Positions 34,397 to 45,450 of a DNA stretch of 64,000 bases are shown here, piece by piece (the stretch's first letter is position 1; every line of letters starts with the position of its first letter). The notes under the pieces are model-generated. The model saw nothing but the letters and a program-made list of their open reading frames with translations. It ran no database searches and was not told where the DNA came from. The DNA comes from Salisapilia sapeloensis CBS 127946 (lineage: Eukaryota > Protista > Oomycota). The stretch is from contig JAADVB010000080.1 of NCBI GenBank assembly GCA_023334545.1, positions 6,129 through 70,128 of the forward strand, in the 5' to 3' direction. Both the position numbers and the translations under genes were made by a program.

Positions 34397-34405
34397 AAAA
34401 TGAGC
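34397..34405 (-). promoter_or_regulatory. Oomycete-type initiator element upstream of the bZIP gene
   Basis: GCTCATTTT on the minus strand about 35 nt upstream of ATG 34362; fits the established oomycete GCTCATTYB initiator, but the match is short. Confidence 0.4.
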
Positions 34406-34813
34406 AAAACACTTGGCTGAGACGTCTGGAAGAGGGGTATATATTTCTTTCACTTCAAGTTTGTATGATCTGGACCCTTTAACAAGGTCCTCAAATATCG
34501 AAGAGATGGGCACGCAGCTCAGCAGACAAGTCAGGTCACTACACGGATACACGCCAGAGGTATCTACCATCTAAATTTCTTGCGCCAGATTCTTCTAGCG
34601 TCCGATTGACTCTTCACCGAGGTGACATGGCCGACGTCATCTGCCCTACCTTCGGGAAACCTCCGTCAGCATGTTGATTGACTCGAAGCGATGCAACGAC
34701 AAATAGCCAGATCAGATGTCGAGGATCGCATACAAACTCGCAGACAAAAGCGCTGGATCGTTATACGCAATTGTATCAAGGTCCATTAGGAAAAACCATT
34801 CTCTCTCTCGACT

Positions 34814-36276
34814 ATGGGAAACAAGACGTCCAAGGGTGGCAGGAGCTTCCGCCCTCCTGTCAAGAGCGACCGGGGTAACAAGTTCACCGCCAACAACAAC
34901 CGGGACCAAGGACGCAGCGCGCCACCCGCGCCGTCCTCCACGAGCAATGCCTCTTCGTCGAACGCGAACGGGGTTACCGGCGGGCACGAGCAACCGCCTC
35001 CGGCCCCACAGTCTGCAGCGACGTCATCTTCTAAGACGACCGAGCAAGACAATGAGTCTGACGTCGAGGACGACGACTCCGGCCCAGCGGAGCAAATGTC
35101 GATCCAAGAGCTCGGCGATGGCGACAAGAACGCTGCGCAGACCAAGGTGTCGGTCGAGGACTTTGACTTGCTCAAGGTGCTTGGCAAGGGCAGTTTCGGT
35201 AAGGTCATGATGGTCCGAAAGAAGGACTCGAGACAGATCTACGCTTTGAAGACACTGCGAAAGGCAGCATTGATCAAACGCAACCAGGTATGTCCTTCTC
35301 CTCCTCCCTCTCCATTTCTCGTACTGACGACCTCTTAGTTAATACATACAAAAACAGAGCGTAGTATCCTCCAGAGCATCAAGCATCCGTTCTTGACGAG
35401 ACTCACATACGCCTTCCAGGTATCCTCCCTCTCTCTTGTCTATCTTTAAACCAACCCTCACGTCTGTGATAGACACCGGAGAAACTGTACCTTGTCATGG
35501 ACTTTTGTGGTGGTGGAGAACTCTTCTTCTGGCTGAAGAAGGAGCGTCGTTTCTCTCAGACCAAGGCTCGTCTCTTCGCGGCGGAGATCATCCTCGCGCT
35601 CCAGGAGCTCCACTCGCACGATATCATCTACCGTGATCTCAAGCCAGAGAACATCTTGCTCGACCTCGAAGGCCACGTCAAACTGACGGACTTTGGGCTT
35701 AGTAAGGAAGCGGTCTCGGGCGCCGGCGCCGTCGGAGGGACCAAGACGTTCTGTGGTACGCCAGAGTACCTCGCCCCAGAGATTCTCGAGAACAAGGGAC
35801 ACGGCAAGGCTGTCGACTGGTGGAGTCTCGGTACACTCATCTACGAGATGCTCACTGGCCTGCCTCCCTTCTACGACCAGAACATGCAGCGCATGTACGA
35901 CAAGATCTTGAACGCTCCGCTGCGCTTCCCGTCTTTCATGTCGGCCGAAGCCAAGGACCTGCTGCAAGGTCTCCTCACGCGTAAAGTGTCGGAGCGACTG
36001 GGTAGCGGCCCGACGGACGCGGAGGAGATCAAGAAGCATCCGTTCTTCAACAACTTGGACTGGGACGCCGTGTACCGACGGGAGGTCGTGCCGGAGTTTA
36101 AGCCTCCGAACCGTCAAGGCAGTGTGGACACGAGCAACTTTGATGTCGAGTTCACAGGGGAGAAGCCAGTGGACTCAGTTGTGACGTCCACCATGAGCGA
36201 GACTCAGCGGGACAAGGCCCAGTTCGACGGCTTTACCTACAACGAAGACACGATGGACCAGGGCAAGAGCAACTAA
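34814..36276 (+). CDS. AGC-family Ser/Thr kinase (SGK/Akt/Ypk-like) with predicted N-myristoylation, 3 exons
   Basis: MGNKTS N-terminus; GKGSFG, YALK, YRDLKPEN, DFG, TFCGTPEYLAPE and the AGC hydrophobic motif FDGFTY; no PH domain visible. Confidence 0.92.
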
Positions 36277-36306
36277 ACAAATAGTTCCGTTTTCAAAAGA
36301 TACACT

Positions 36307-38348
36307 CTACTTGTTCCTCTTGGCATCCTTCTTGTTAAACCTCTTTCGACTCCCAGCAGAGTTGATATGGACCGTCGGGTTCCCGCCAGCAAACTCCGAG
36401 TCTTCATACGGATTCTTATCTCGTCCCTTGCGCCCCTTTCGACCGTGTCGCTTCAGTCGCTTGCTCACCCCGGCCTTCTCTTCCACTGTCTCGAATGCCT
36501 CCATCTCCTCTACGTCTTCCTCGTCTTCCTCTACACTCTCTAGGATGGGTTCGTCCGACGGAAACTTTTCCTTGGCTAGTCGATGGATGTCGAAGGCGTC
36601 CGGATCAGCCGTCTCTGGCGGAGGGTGACAGTACAAGAGCTTTCCCTTGACGTAGTCTCTCAGCAAGTCTCTTGCTGCTCGAGACGTATCGGCTCCACCC
36701 TTACCAGTCGTCTTGTACCCGCGGTGCATCGCATATGCCTCAAGTAAAGTGTACACATCCACCGGATCCGTCTCTTTCGACGTCACGGGGATCTGGATCT
36801 TGATGCCATACGTCCGTTCGAACACACGCTTAGGGATACGCAGACACATGAGTTCGCATGGTCCGACGTGGTCTCGCAGCTGAGCAATCGGAAGAACACC
36901 GCAGCAGTACATCTCGGCCTTGCTACTGACAAAGCTAGGGAAGACGAGACCTGGGCAATCGCACAGCATAATACGATCGGACAAGATCATCGTCTGGAAG
37001 TGTTTTGTCTTGCCTGGTGTCGCACCCACTGCCACACGCTTCGTCTTGTGAGAGTACGTAGACGTACCGAGCAGAGCATTGATGACACTACTCTTACCGA
37101 CGTTGGGGAAACCGACCATACCGAACTTGATCAGTCCATTATCCTTTTCTCGAATCCCCACCTGCCCTAGTGTCTCTCCTGCGATCTGCGTCATGTAGTC
37201 CAGTAGTTCTTCTCGGGAAAAAAGCGGGTACTTGCTGTCCACTGCAGACGTCGACTCCACTGGCTGCACAACCTGTTCTTCCTCATCTTCGTCTTCCAAC
37301 TGCTTGTACGCCGCGTCAATCTCTTCCTGAGATTTTTTAGCCGAAAAGAAGATAATGTCGGTCGTTTCGTTCGAAAAGTAGTCTCCCCACGCCTCTCGCT
37401 GTCGATCGTCTAGATAATCAGACTTGTTCACAATGAGCATCGTCCGGCGCTTGAACTCTCCTTCCTTAGCATACGCTTCCAGATCTTCCGATCTAGTGTA
37501 TATGGTTAGATAGAAGCATTTCTTCTGCTCTAGGATGTTGCGTACCGGTAGAATAGAGGGTTTCGTGCATCGACGATCTGAACGAGAATGTCACTGCGCT
37601 CTCGGACGTGCCACAGCTGCCGCCACACCTCCAAGTTCTTCTCGAAAGGAGTCACTTGGACATCGTCCCTTGATTGTTCTCGTCTACATCAAGCGTTAGA
37701 TGTGATACCCATATAGCTTTACGAGACAACGTACTCGGCAATCTCTCGACGCCACTCTAAGAAGCTCTCCTTCTCTCGCTGATTCAACTCTTCTGCAGAC
37801 ATGGAAGGCGTCCATGCAGGTCGACGAGGCACCTTGAGCTCTGCAAAGGTCATTTCCGGTACATGATTGCCGTATTTTCTAAAAACAGAGATGCGTGAGC
37901 TTTGCACGATACATGAATAGGTGCAAAATGCATACTCGACAAGCGTCGGGCCGTCCGGACCGTCGTTAATGAGCTTGACGTTGTCTCTGTTGGCAGTGAA
38001 ATCACGATTGGCCATCACAGCATTCGTGAGGAAGTCATCCTATTCATCACTTGCAATTAGATGGATCAAATAAAAGGTATGTAACGTATAATTCGACTTA
38101 CCAGAGAGGATCCTTCGAGGTAAGATGCTAGTGCGTTGCTTGCATCTCCTCCATCTCGTTCCGAAACGTGTTTGCCAGCACTAGAGAAGAAGAATATGCA
38201 TAAGAACATACACTTTTCATAGTCTCTCGTGCATTAAATAGTACCTGGATGCAACATCACGTGTGTTGGTCGTGGAATAGTTCTTTTGCGTGCGGACGAG
38301 CGCCTTGCCCAGTCCGCCGGTGTTCACGCGCTTGCCGGAGCGTCCCAT
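36307..38348 (-). CDS. LSG1: Large-subunit GTPase 1 (circularly permuted GTPase), multi-exon
   Basis: N-terminus MGRSGKRVNTGGLGKAL; VTPFEKNLEVWRQLW; G4 NKSD precedes G1 GFPNVGKSS, then TPGKTKHFQT and DCPGLVFP. Confidence 0.93.
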
Positions 38349-39095
38349 TCTTTAGTTGTGACTCGTTTTGTTGGTTGAGAAGCTGCATACAAAACACAAG
38401 TCGGATTTGAAATCAGAAAAAGCCACATGGAAACTTACAGGAACAAGAAGACTGGAAAGCTATGCCGACATGGTAGAATGTGTAGCGAGTACGAGTTGCT
38501 AAAAAGGTTATTCACGCTGTATTTAAACAATGGATAATACACGTCTAAGTCTGGATGCTTCAATTTCGCTCTCTGGTTGATGCTGTTACTCTATCGAATG
38601 CAGTGGAGATACCTAGAGCTACCATGGAAAAAGTGGAGTCATACAGAAACATGAGACAATCGACACTGCATGATGCATAAAAGAGAAATAGGATGCGTGG
38701 AATATAGCGCTTCTAATGTATCTGCACATGCTTCATGGAAGCAGCAACTGACGAACGATGGCAGAACTTTATCACGTAGCCATAAAGCATCCATCGTATT
38801 ACATTGCCATGATGATACACTAGTAGTGCATGGCAAGTTCCATGCTCCAGTAGCGTTACTCTACCATACAATGATAATTTAACCAAAAGCCATGGACTTG
38901 CAGTCAAATACTTGGAGTAATGCTATCCGTTTCGCCCCTGATAAGAATCCATTTGCAACTGGATTAATCGTCGTTGTATCCGCAGGATAGGTTACCAGTC
39001 GTTACAAATACTAAAGATGATACTTTTAGCTGCACCTTTACGCGGTGCCAAGCAAAGAACGGCGAACAGAGTTGGAGCCTAGCGACCATATTCCC

Positions 39096-42000
39096 ATGGT
39101 ACGTCGACTAGGAGGCGAAAAGTACAAGATTGAATCGGAAAAAGAAGAGGATGAGTGCTTGACGAGTAAAGCCATTCCGGTGCCTTTATTAAGCAGGTCG
39201 CTACCATCTCTACCTGTTAATGAGACCACAGGAGAACTAGTTGATGGCAGTACTACAGATAGCAACTTGCCCACATCACAAAATAACTTGATACGGATCA
39301 ATGTCATGCTTCCTATTGCAAAGATGGAACCAGCTTCACGCGAAAACACTGCACCGACCACTCGACTCGATTTACAAGGAACGCAAACGATTTGTGGGCA
39401 CAAAAAGGTGGCAACACCGTCCACACTTCATAAGCGTATTATCTCGAGGCGAAGCGAAAAGGAACTACAGGAAAAAGAGGCCTATGAACGACATCGCATT
39501 GCCAATCAGAACCGAAATGCTCTTCGAACGCCATGCAGAAGCCGTGTGCCAAAGCAAAATGTAAAATCCGTTGCTACTCTCGCGTCATGTATTCCGATCG
39601 GTGGCTACATGCCGGAAGATCCGTCCCTCCCAAGCAGTTTTCGGCAGTCCAAGCCAAAAGTATATCGATCTTCTTTCAATCCACAGGACACTCGTCGCCA
39701 ACAGACAGAATGTGCCATCGTCAGTACGAATAATGCTATAGAACACAATGCATCAGATGTGGTAGAATCACGTAAAAGTCTTTCTCCACGACATAAAAAC
39801 GGATATGGAAAGCAGGAGAAAGCAACTCTAGTATCACTGACTAACGTACAGCAGTACTCTACCTTCATGTTGGACTTTGACGAGTCCAACTGGATCCAAG
39901 AAGATGAGTCGGATGAGGAAGAAGTTCCGGAGGTTGATCCGAACAGACCGGTCTTCCAGATTCAGCTAACATCGTGGAAAGCGTTAAGTGACGAAGAGAA
40001 AATGATGGAGTTAATTGCCGCTTCAAAATGTCGCTGCATTCACGAAGACGCCGAGCTCGATGGTGTTTATATTCCATCCCAGCAGGACTTCACCAATCCC
40101 ACGGACGTATCAGCACAACTAGGCGTTCGTTCATTCATGCGCTGGTTTAGCTCTAGTCATCGCAAGCGACAGCACATTCGAGAGCGCTTTCTCATGGAAG
40201 AGCTACTGTGTGCAGCTCGAGGCGATACAGTCGATACAGTCGATGAAGAGTACAGGGAAGCTGGACGCTTGTTACCAGACGAAGAGCATATTGGAAACAA
40301 CACTAGTCAGGAATGGTACGACTTTACTACATGGTACTCGACAGGTCTATTACCTGACCAGGATACGCATGATGTGGACGAGATAGCAGAGCTACAGTCG
40401 AATAGGCGTTGTAATCGCAAAGTATTTCTTGAGAGCCAGTTAGAGGTACTGGAAGACAATAAACGTCAACTGGATGAGCAGTATGCAAAGTATCCGCAGA
40501 TGGGTCCACCCTCTCAAGTTTTTCTATTTGAAAAAGTCAAGATATGCGAACCAGATCCAGTGTTACTTTTGTCTGCTTACTTTAATTTGTCACCTGAGCT
40601 TCAGGAAAAGGAACTGACATTGGCAATATGCGATCCACTTGTTCAAATAGCAGCAGCAATGGAGAATATCGACCTACCGGACGTCACAGGCTTAGTCATG
40701 GAGGAAGTGGATGTGCTCTTGTTGGCAGCCAACTTTCAAAAGTGGTGGAGTATCCCAGGCAATACACACAGAGCAGACTTTCTTGAGCGAGAGAGTGAAC
40801 AGGCAGCAATGGATAGTCAGGTCCAGTCTGAACTTGCAAGTGAAAAGACTCCAGGAAAGGAGATAGAGTTTAAGGAAGCCTACTATAGTTCTCCAACTGC
40901 TCGATTAGGCTTCCTAACACGGATAATGCTTCGTCTGCGTAGACAGCAGCGAATAGAGCATCCGAGTGAGCTAGGAAAATTTCCAGTACCAACAATGTTT
41001 TATATCACCCCGCCACCAGTAGTCATGACCAATTGCAACCCTCAGGCGTTTGGGCACGCTCCACGCCGGACAGTTACTGTACAATCTAACATGCAGGTCC
41101 GACCAGGTGAATCGATCCAGTCGGATGTTGAGGAGGAACTGTTTGTCGACTCGGACAGCGAGTACAGTGAATTCAATGACCGCGAAGTTGACAGTGAAGT
41201 CGAAGAAGATAGTCTTGCCTACTTGGAAGAAATAGAGCTGATGGCAGAGGAAGATGAGATGTCTGGAAAGCTAGGATTTGAAATTAAACAGGTCGTACTG
41301 GAGATTGTGAAGACACCAATCGTCTTCTATGATGAACCGAAAGTCATACCAGAGCCAGAAGAAGTGGAGGTGGAGGTGGATGAAGAAGTAGAAAACGAGC
41401 TGCAGCGTAGGTTGGAAGAGGAAAGGTTGCAGCGTCTTGCTGAAGAGAAGCGACTGGAGGAGGAACGAGCTAAGAAAGAGCATCTACGACTATTGTTGCT
41501 CAAGAAGAAGGAACAGGAAATGAAGAGAGCTCAAGAGATGAAGGAAGCTGAGAAGCAAAGGCGGTTGATGGAAGATCTCCAGAGACAAGAGGATCTGAGG
41601 CTCATGAGGATAGAAGAAGAAACGGAGAAGAAGAGGCTGGCGATGATGACAGAGGAGAGACTAAAGATGAAAAAGGAAGATCTGCTTGCTGCCAAATTGC
41701 GTTCTTACATGAACAAGTTGGAAAAGGAAGAGCAGCAGCAACAAGCTAAAAGTGTGCTTGCCATGACGGGTGAAGATGAATATTCACGACTACTCAACAC
41801 ATATCTGGATGACATGGAACAACAGGAACGCGCGCGAGCTGAATTCTTACGTGAGCTCTACACCGAGTTCGATCCTTATTATCCCACCTCTCGCGAGTCT
41901 TCTGAGATATACTTACCATCGCTGAAGCGTCGGATCCGAGAGCAAGAGGAAAGGAAGCGTCGTGGACGAATTGATTATCCGGATGTACGTTGCAAAAGTC

Positions 42001-42341
42001 AGTACGAAGTGGAGCAAGAGCAGTATCTAGCGAGAGACTCTAGGAAATTTAAACAGTTGATGGGCCTGCCACTCGTCACGAAAGAAGGCAAGAAGACACT
42101 AAAGCAACCGTCAGAGGTTGAGATAATAGAGGCACAGCGGGTAGCTCACGGTCTCGAGCCTCCCGTTGAACGAAAGGAAAGACGGAAACTGCCAGATCTG
42201 ATGAAGTGGAAAACTTCTCGAAGCAAATACACCGTTCCAGTGAAAACACAGAAGAAGCAAGTCCAACAGGAAGAACCGCAAGCTCTGCCCTTTTTCCGTG
42301 GGAACATGCTCGTCAAAGGCCAAGGCAAGTCGAAGACGTAG
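39096..42341 (+). CDS. Large hypothetical acidic/coiled-coil protein
   Basis: Uninterrupted frame of about 1080 codons (first in-frame ATG 39096), with a Glu-rich region and a long C-terminal E/K/R coil; no recognised motif. Confidence 0.7.
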   Translation: MVRRLGGEKYKIESEKEEDECLTSKAIPVPLLSRSLPSLPVNETTGELVDGSTTDSNLPTSQNNLIRINVMLPIAKMEPASRENTAPTTRLDLQGTQTICGHKKVATPSTLHKRIISRRSEKELQEKEAYERHRIANQNRNALRTPCRSRVPKQNVKSVATLASCIPIGGYMPEDPSLPSSFRQSKPKVYRSSFNPQDTRRQQTECAIVSTNNAIEHNASDVVESRKSLSPRHKNGYGKQEKATLVSLTNVQQYSTFMLDFDESNWIQEDESDEEEVPEVDPNRPVFQIQLTSWKALSDEEKMMELIAASKCRCIHEDAELDGVYIPSQQDFTNPTDVSAQLGVRSFMRWFSSSHRKRQHIRERFLMEELLCAARGDTVDTVDEEYREAGRLLPDEEHIGNNTSQEWYDFTTWYSTGLLPDQDTHDVDEIAELQSNRRCNRKVFLESQLEVLEDNKRQLDEQYAKYPQMGPPSQVFLFEKVKICEPDPVLLLSAYFNLSPELQEKELTLAICDPLVQIAAAMENIDLPDVTGLVMEEVDVLLLAANFQKWWSIPGNTHRADFLERESEQAAMDSQVQSELASEKTPGKEIEFKEAYYSSPTARLGFLTRIMLRLRRQQRIEHPSELGKFPVPTMFYITPPPVVMTNCNPQAFGHAPRRTVTVQSNMQVRPGESIQSDVEEELFVDSDSEYSEFNDREVDSEVEEDSLAYLEEIELMAEEDEMSGKLGFEIKQVVLEIVKTPIVFYDEPKVIPEPEEVEVEVDEEVENELQRRLEEERLQRLAEEKRLEEERAKKEHLRLLLLKKKEQEMKRAQEMKEAEKQRRLMEDLQRQEDLRLMRIEEETEKKRLAMMTEERLKMKKEDLLAAKLRSYMNKLEKEEQQQQAKSVLAMTGEDEYSRLLNTYLDDMEQQERARAEFLRELYTEFDPYYPTSRESSEIYLPSLKRRIREQEERKRRGRIDYPDVRCKSQYEVEQEQYLARDSRKFKQLMGLPLVTKEGKKTLKQPSEVEIIEAQRVAHGLEPPVERKERRKLPDLMKWKTSRSKYTVPVKTQKKQVQQEEPQALPFFRGNMLVKGQGKSKT

Positions 42342-42402
42342 GGTCAAGGTATAACGTTCGTATTAACTGCCCATGGATACTTCTTCTGGCTCCACTATAC
42401 TT

Positions 42403-43899
42403 TCACGAGCTTTCTGCAAGTGTGAAAACAGTCAGTACGGTCACCTGTATGCGTAAGTATGCTTCTAGCAAGCTACCTCGATAACCCGGTCGATATGGAC
42501 ACCACCGACACGAGCGTTGAATTGGAATAAGATCTTCGTCCAGCTGTCCGCCAGCGCTCGTTGTGGAGAGCATCTTTGTAGGAACTCCATACCAGTCAGC
42601 ACTGGTCTATCCTCATCCATATACCCTTGTTCGAATGCAAATTTCGCCAGATCCCCTTCACTCAGCTACACTCTACGATAAGGCTGTTGTCAAAAGATTG
42701 AAGATACGAAGTGTACCTCTTCTTGCTGTCGGAAAGTCTCGTCTGCATCAAATAGAGGAATGCCTTCTAGCGTCGTAAACTGGTTTTCCGAGTCGAGTCG
42801 AAGGACAATCGATGGTTTCTCGGTAAAGACAAAAAATCTACTGGTACTGGCATCCTTCCACACGAGTGCGAGTGGACTTAAGCCTAGTTCATAGTGTCCA
42901 GCCTTCATGTAGAACAAAAGTCCATCCCTAGTACCAGTTTAGCTACCTGCTTGACTTGTGCAGCATCACAAATATGAATAGCATACTTGATAAAGGGAAA
43001 CGGAGATGTGTATGCATGCCGAACGCCTGATTCATCGCATTCAAAGCACGGAATAGTCTGGTAAAGACTTTTAGTCAGGTACTCAGTATAAAAGTGATAC
43101 AGCATACCTGGAAAGGGAACGGATTGGCCTTGGATCGAGTCGTTGCCGTCGTCTCACTCATCTTGTCCCGTAGCCAATACAGTCGGAACTCTGTTGTACA
43201 GTCGTAGAGCATGTATCCCTATCGTGCACGTTCACCATCAACAGAATGCCACTGTTTACTTGGAAGTATGAAACTACCTTCCAGCACATGACATCAAGCA
43301 CGTAAAATGTTCCATCATGCTCGTGGAAGATGCAATCTAATATGCAGTGGGCGCCATTCGCCTTGTTCGTCTTGTTCGATCCACTGGGTAGACCTGACGG
43401 GAACTTTTTAAAAATCGATCCAGACGGTAATCTGGCAACGGTCACTCCACTGCAAAGTCAATCATAAGTTAGACAGGCAATAACATATACAAATCAAGAA
43501 CGAATAGAGATACCTGTTCGCGACAACTAGACATCTCTTGCCTTCCGGTCGCGGTAGGACGTACCATCCATCACCAATCATACTACCTTTCCCATTCAAA
43601 CCATTCGGTACATCCACCATCCATTCAGGCACCATCAACTGTTTTGAAAAGTGATCTCGACGCTTTTTAATACGCTCCTCTCTTGTCTTCTTTTTCGCCG
43701 TCGAAGTCGCCATCTCAGCATCGGATGCATCTGAAGCATCGACGTCAGGTTCAAGCGCTAAATTTCTTGTTTGTTCCGTCAAATCTCTCCGAGCCTGTCG
43801 CTGTTTTTGAAGCACCTTTTGTCTTCGTGAAGCAGCGTTGCTTTCCCATCGTTGCCGCTTGATCGGCGTCCGCTTCGCCATAATCTCTTTTGTTGTCAT
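42403..43899 (-). CDS. SNUPN: Snurportin-1 (m3G-cap import adaptor), multi-exon
   Basis: IBB-like RRQKVLQKQRQARRDL; LMVPEWM; PRPEGKRCLVVA; CILDCIF; FYVLDVMCWK; FRLYWL; HYELGLSPL. Confidence 0.9.
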
Positions 43900-44020
43900 G
43901 TTAAGTGTCCGCTATTTTCCATCCTAAATATTCCTTCCGATTGGCCAGGAGGTATATATGTTTACACCTTGCCTAAAATTACGTATTGATTTACTGGGCG
44001 ACAAGCAAAATTGACATCAA

Positions 44021-45424
44021 ATGACGGAGCAAGAGCAGGAAGTCGTGTTGGCACGCGAATGCGAGTATCGCCTTGAAGTAGGCCCGCAAGAAGTCGTTTA
44101 CGTCACTCTCAAGAGCGGATCCGTCGAATTATTTGGTGTGGAGCTTGCAGTCGATCGTGAATATACCTTTCGGGACCGAAAGCTAGCTTTATTCACGTGG
44201 TACGGTGCTACACTGGCCGTAAAAGGCCATGCTGAAGTAGCGTATACGTCGGAAGAGACGCCTATGAATACATACCTGAATATCCATGCTCAATTGCAAC
44301 GCAGGAGAGAAACTGCAGCGGCCATGCAACGTGCTGGGCCAAGAGTACGTGATGACATAGCATAACAGCATTAAGTCAGCATACTAAATATCTTTTTTTT
44401 CTACAGGTGCTAATTGCTGGTCCGAACGACAGTGGCAAATCCACAACTTCTCGGATCCTTCTCAACTACGCTCTACGTCTAGGAGAGAAACCTACTCTCG
44501 TGACAACGGATGTCGGACAGAATCTCTTGAGCATCCCTGGCACGCTCTCTGCTTCTCCTCTCGACCTCCACTGTCTTAGTGTTGAGGAAGAGTTTATCTT
44601 GACGAACCCACTCGTCTACTATTTTGGTCATCCGACTATCACAGAAAACGTGGAGCTCTATCGACACCACTTGAACACCATTTCCTCTGCAGTTTGCCAG
44701 CGCTTAGACAAGGAAGCACAGGCGAATGCATCAGGTTGTATCGTCGACACGCCTGGATGGGTCGATGGCGAAGGCTACGACCTACTGATAGAAACGATCT
44801 CAGCTCTCTCCATCGACGTCGTGCTTGTCGTCGGTCAAGACCGGCTCTTCAGTCGGCTCCAGACATCTCTCAAAGAGAGCTCCAACACGAGTGTGGTCAA
44901 ACTTCCTCGGTCTGGAGGTGTCGTGCCTGCCAACGCCAAGACCAGGTCGGAGCTTCGTAGTGGCAAGATCCGCGAGTACTTTTACGGCAAAGACTCGCTC
45001 ATGCTTCCGATCCCGACGCACTCTCCTTGCGTCAAGGAAGTCTCTTTCTCCGAAGTAGACGTCTGGCAAGCGATTGACATGAAAGTGAGCGAAGTCATGC
45101 TGCCAGTGGGTCAGACAGAGGAGAGTGAAGACCGACTACAAATGGTAAAGATGGACAAGACCACCGAGCTGAGTAATGCCATCTGCGGCGTACTACCAGA
45201 AAAGTCCTCCTCCGAACCATCCACGACATACATCAACTTGCCATCCGCTGGATTCGTCCTCGTGTACGAACTCTCTTTGGCATCATGTATACATCCATGT
45301 ATTTATCTTTATGCATAGGAAAGAGGTCAAGATGTCGGAAGAAAAGCTGGTGCTTCTCGTACCATCTCCAGGCCCCCTTCCGTCTCGCAATCTAGTCCTA
45401 GGATCGATCAAATGGGTCGACTAA
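44021..45424 (+). CDS. CLP1: Clp1 polynucleotide 5'-OH kinase / mRNA 3'-processing factor, 3 exons
   Basis: N-terminal EYRLEV...GSVELFGVEL...ALFTWYG; P-loop GPNDSGKST; DVGQ; IVDTPGW; KLPRSGGVV; C-terminal LVLGSIKW. Confidence 0.93.
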
Positions 45425-45450
45425 TTCCAAACATGCTTCCTTTATTGCTG

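Noticed and set aside
12605-34808. Shared 13-mer CCATTCTCTCTCT upstream of UGPase-PGM (12605-12617, minus) and the AGC kinase (34796-34808, plus)
   Set aside because: Low-complexity initiator-like CCATT plus CT repeat; two occurrences are not enough to call a specific motif.
38400-39040. Short frames between LSG1 and the orphan gene (e.g. MLQFRSLVDAVTLSN...)
   Set aside because: All under about 70 codons, with no consistent splice model or recognisable motif.
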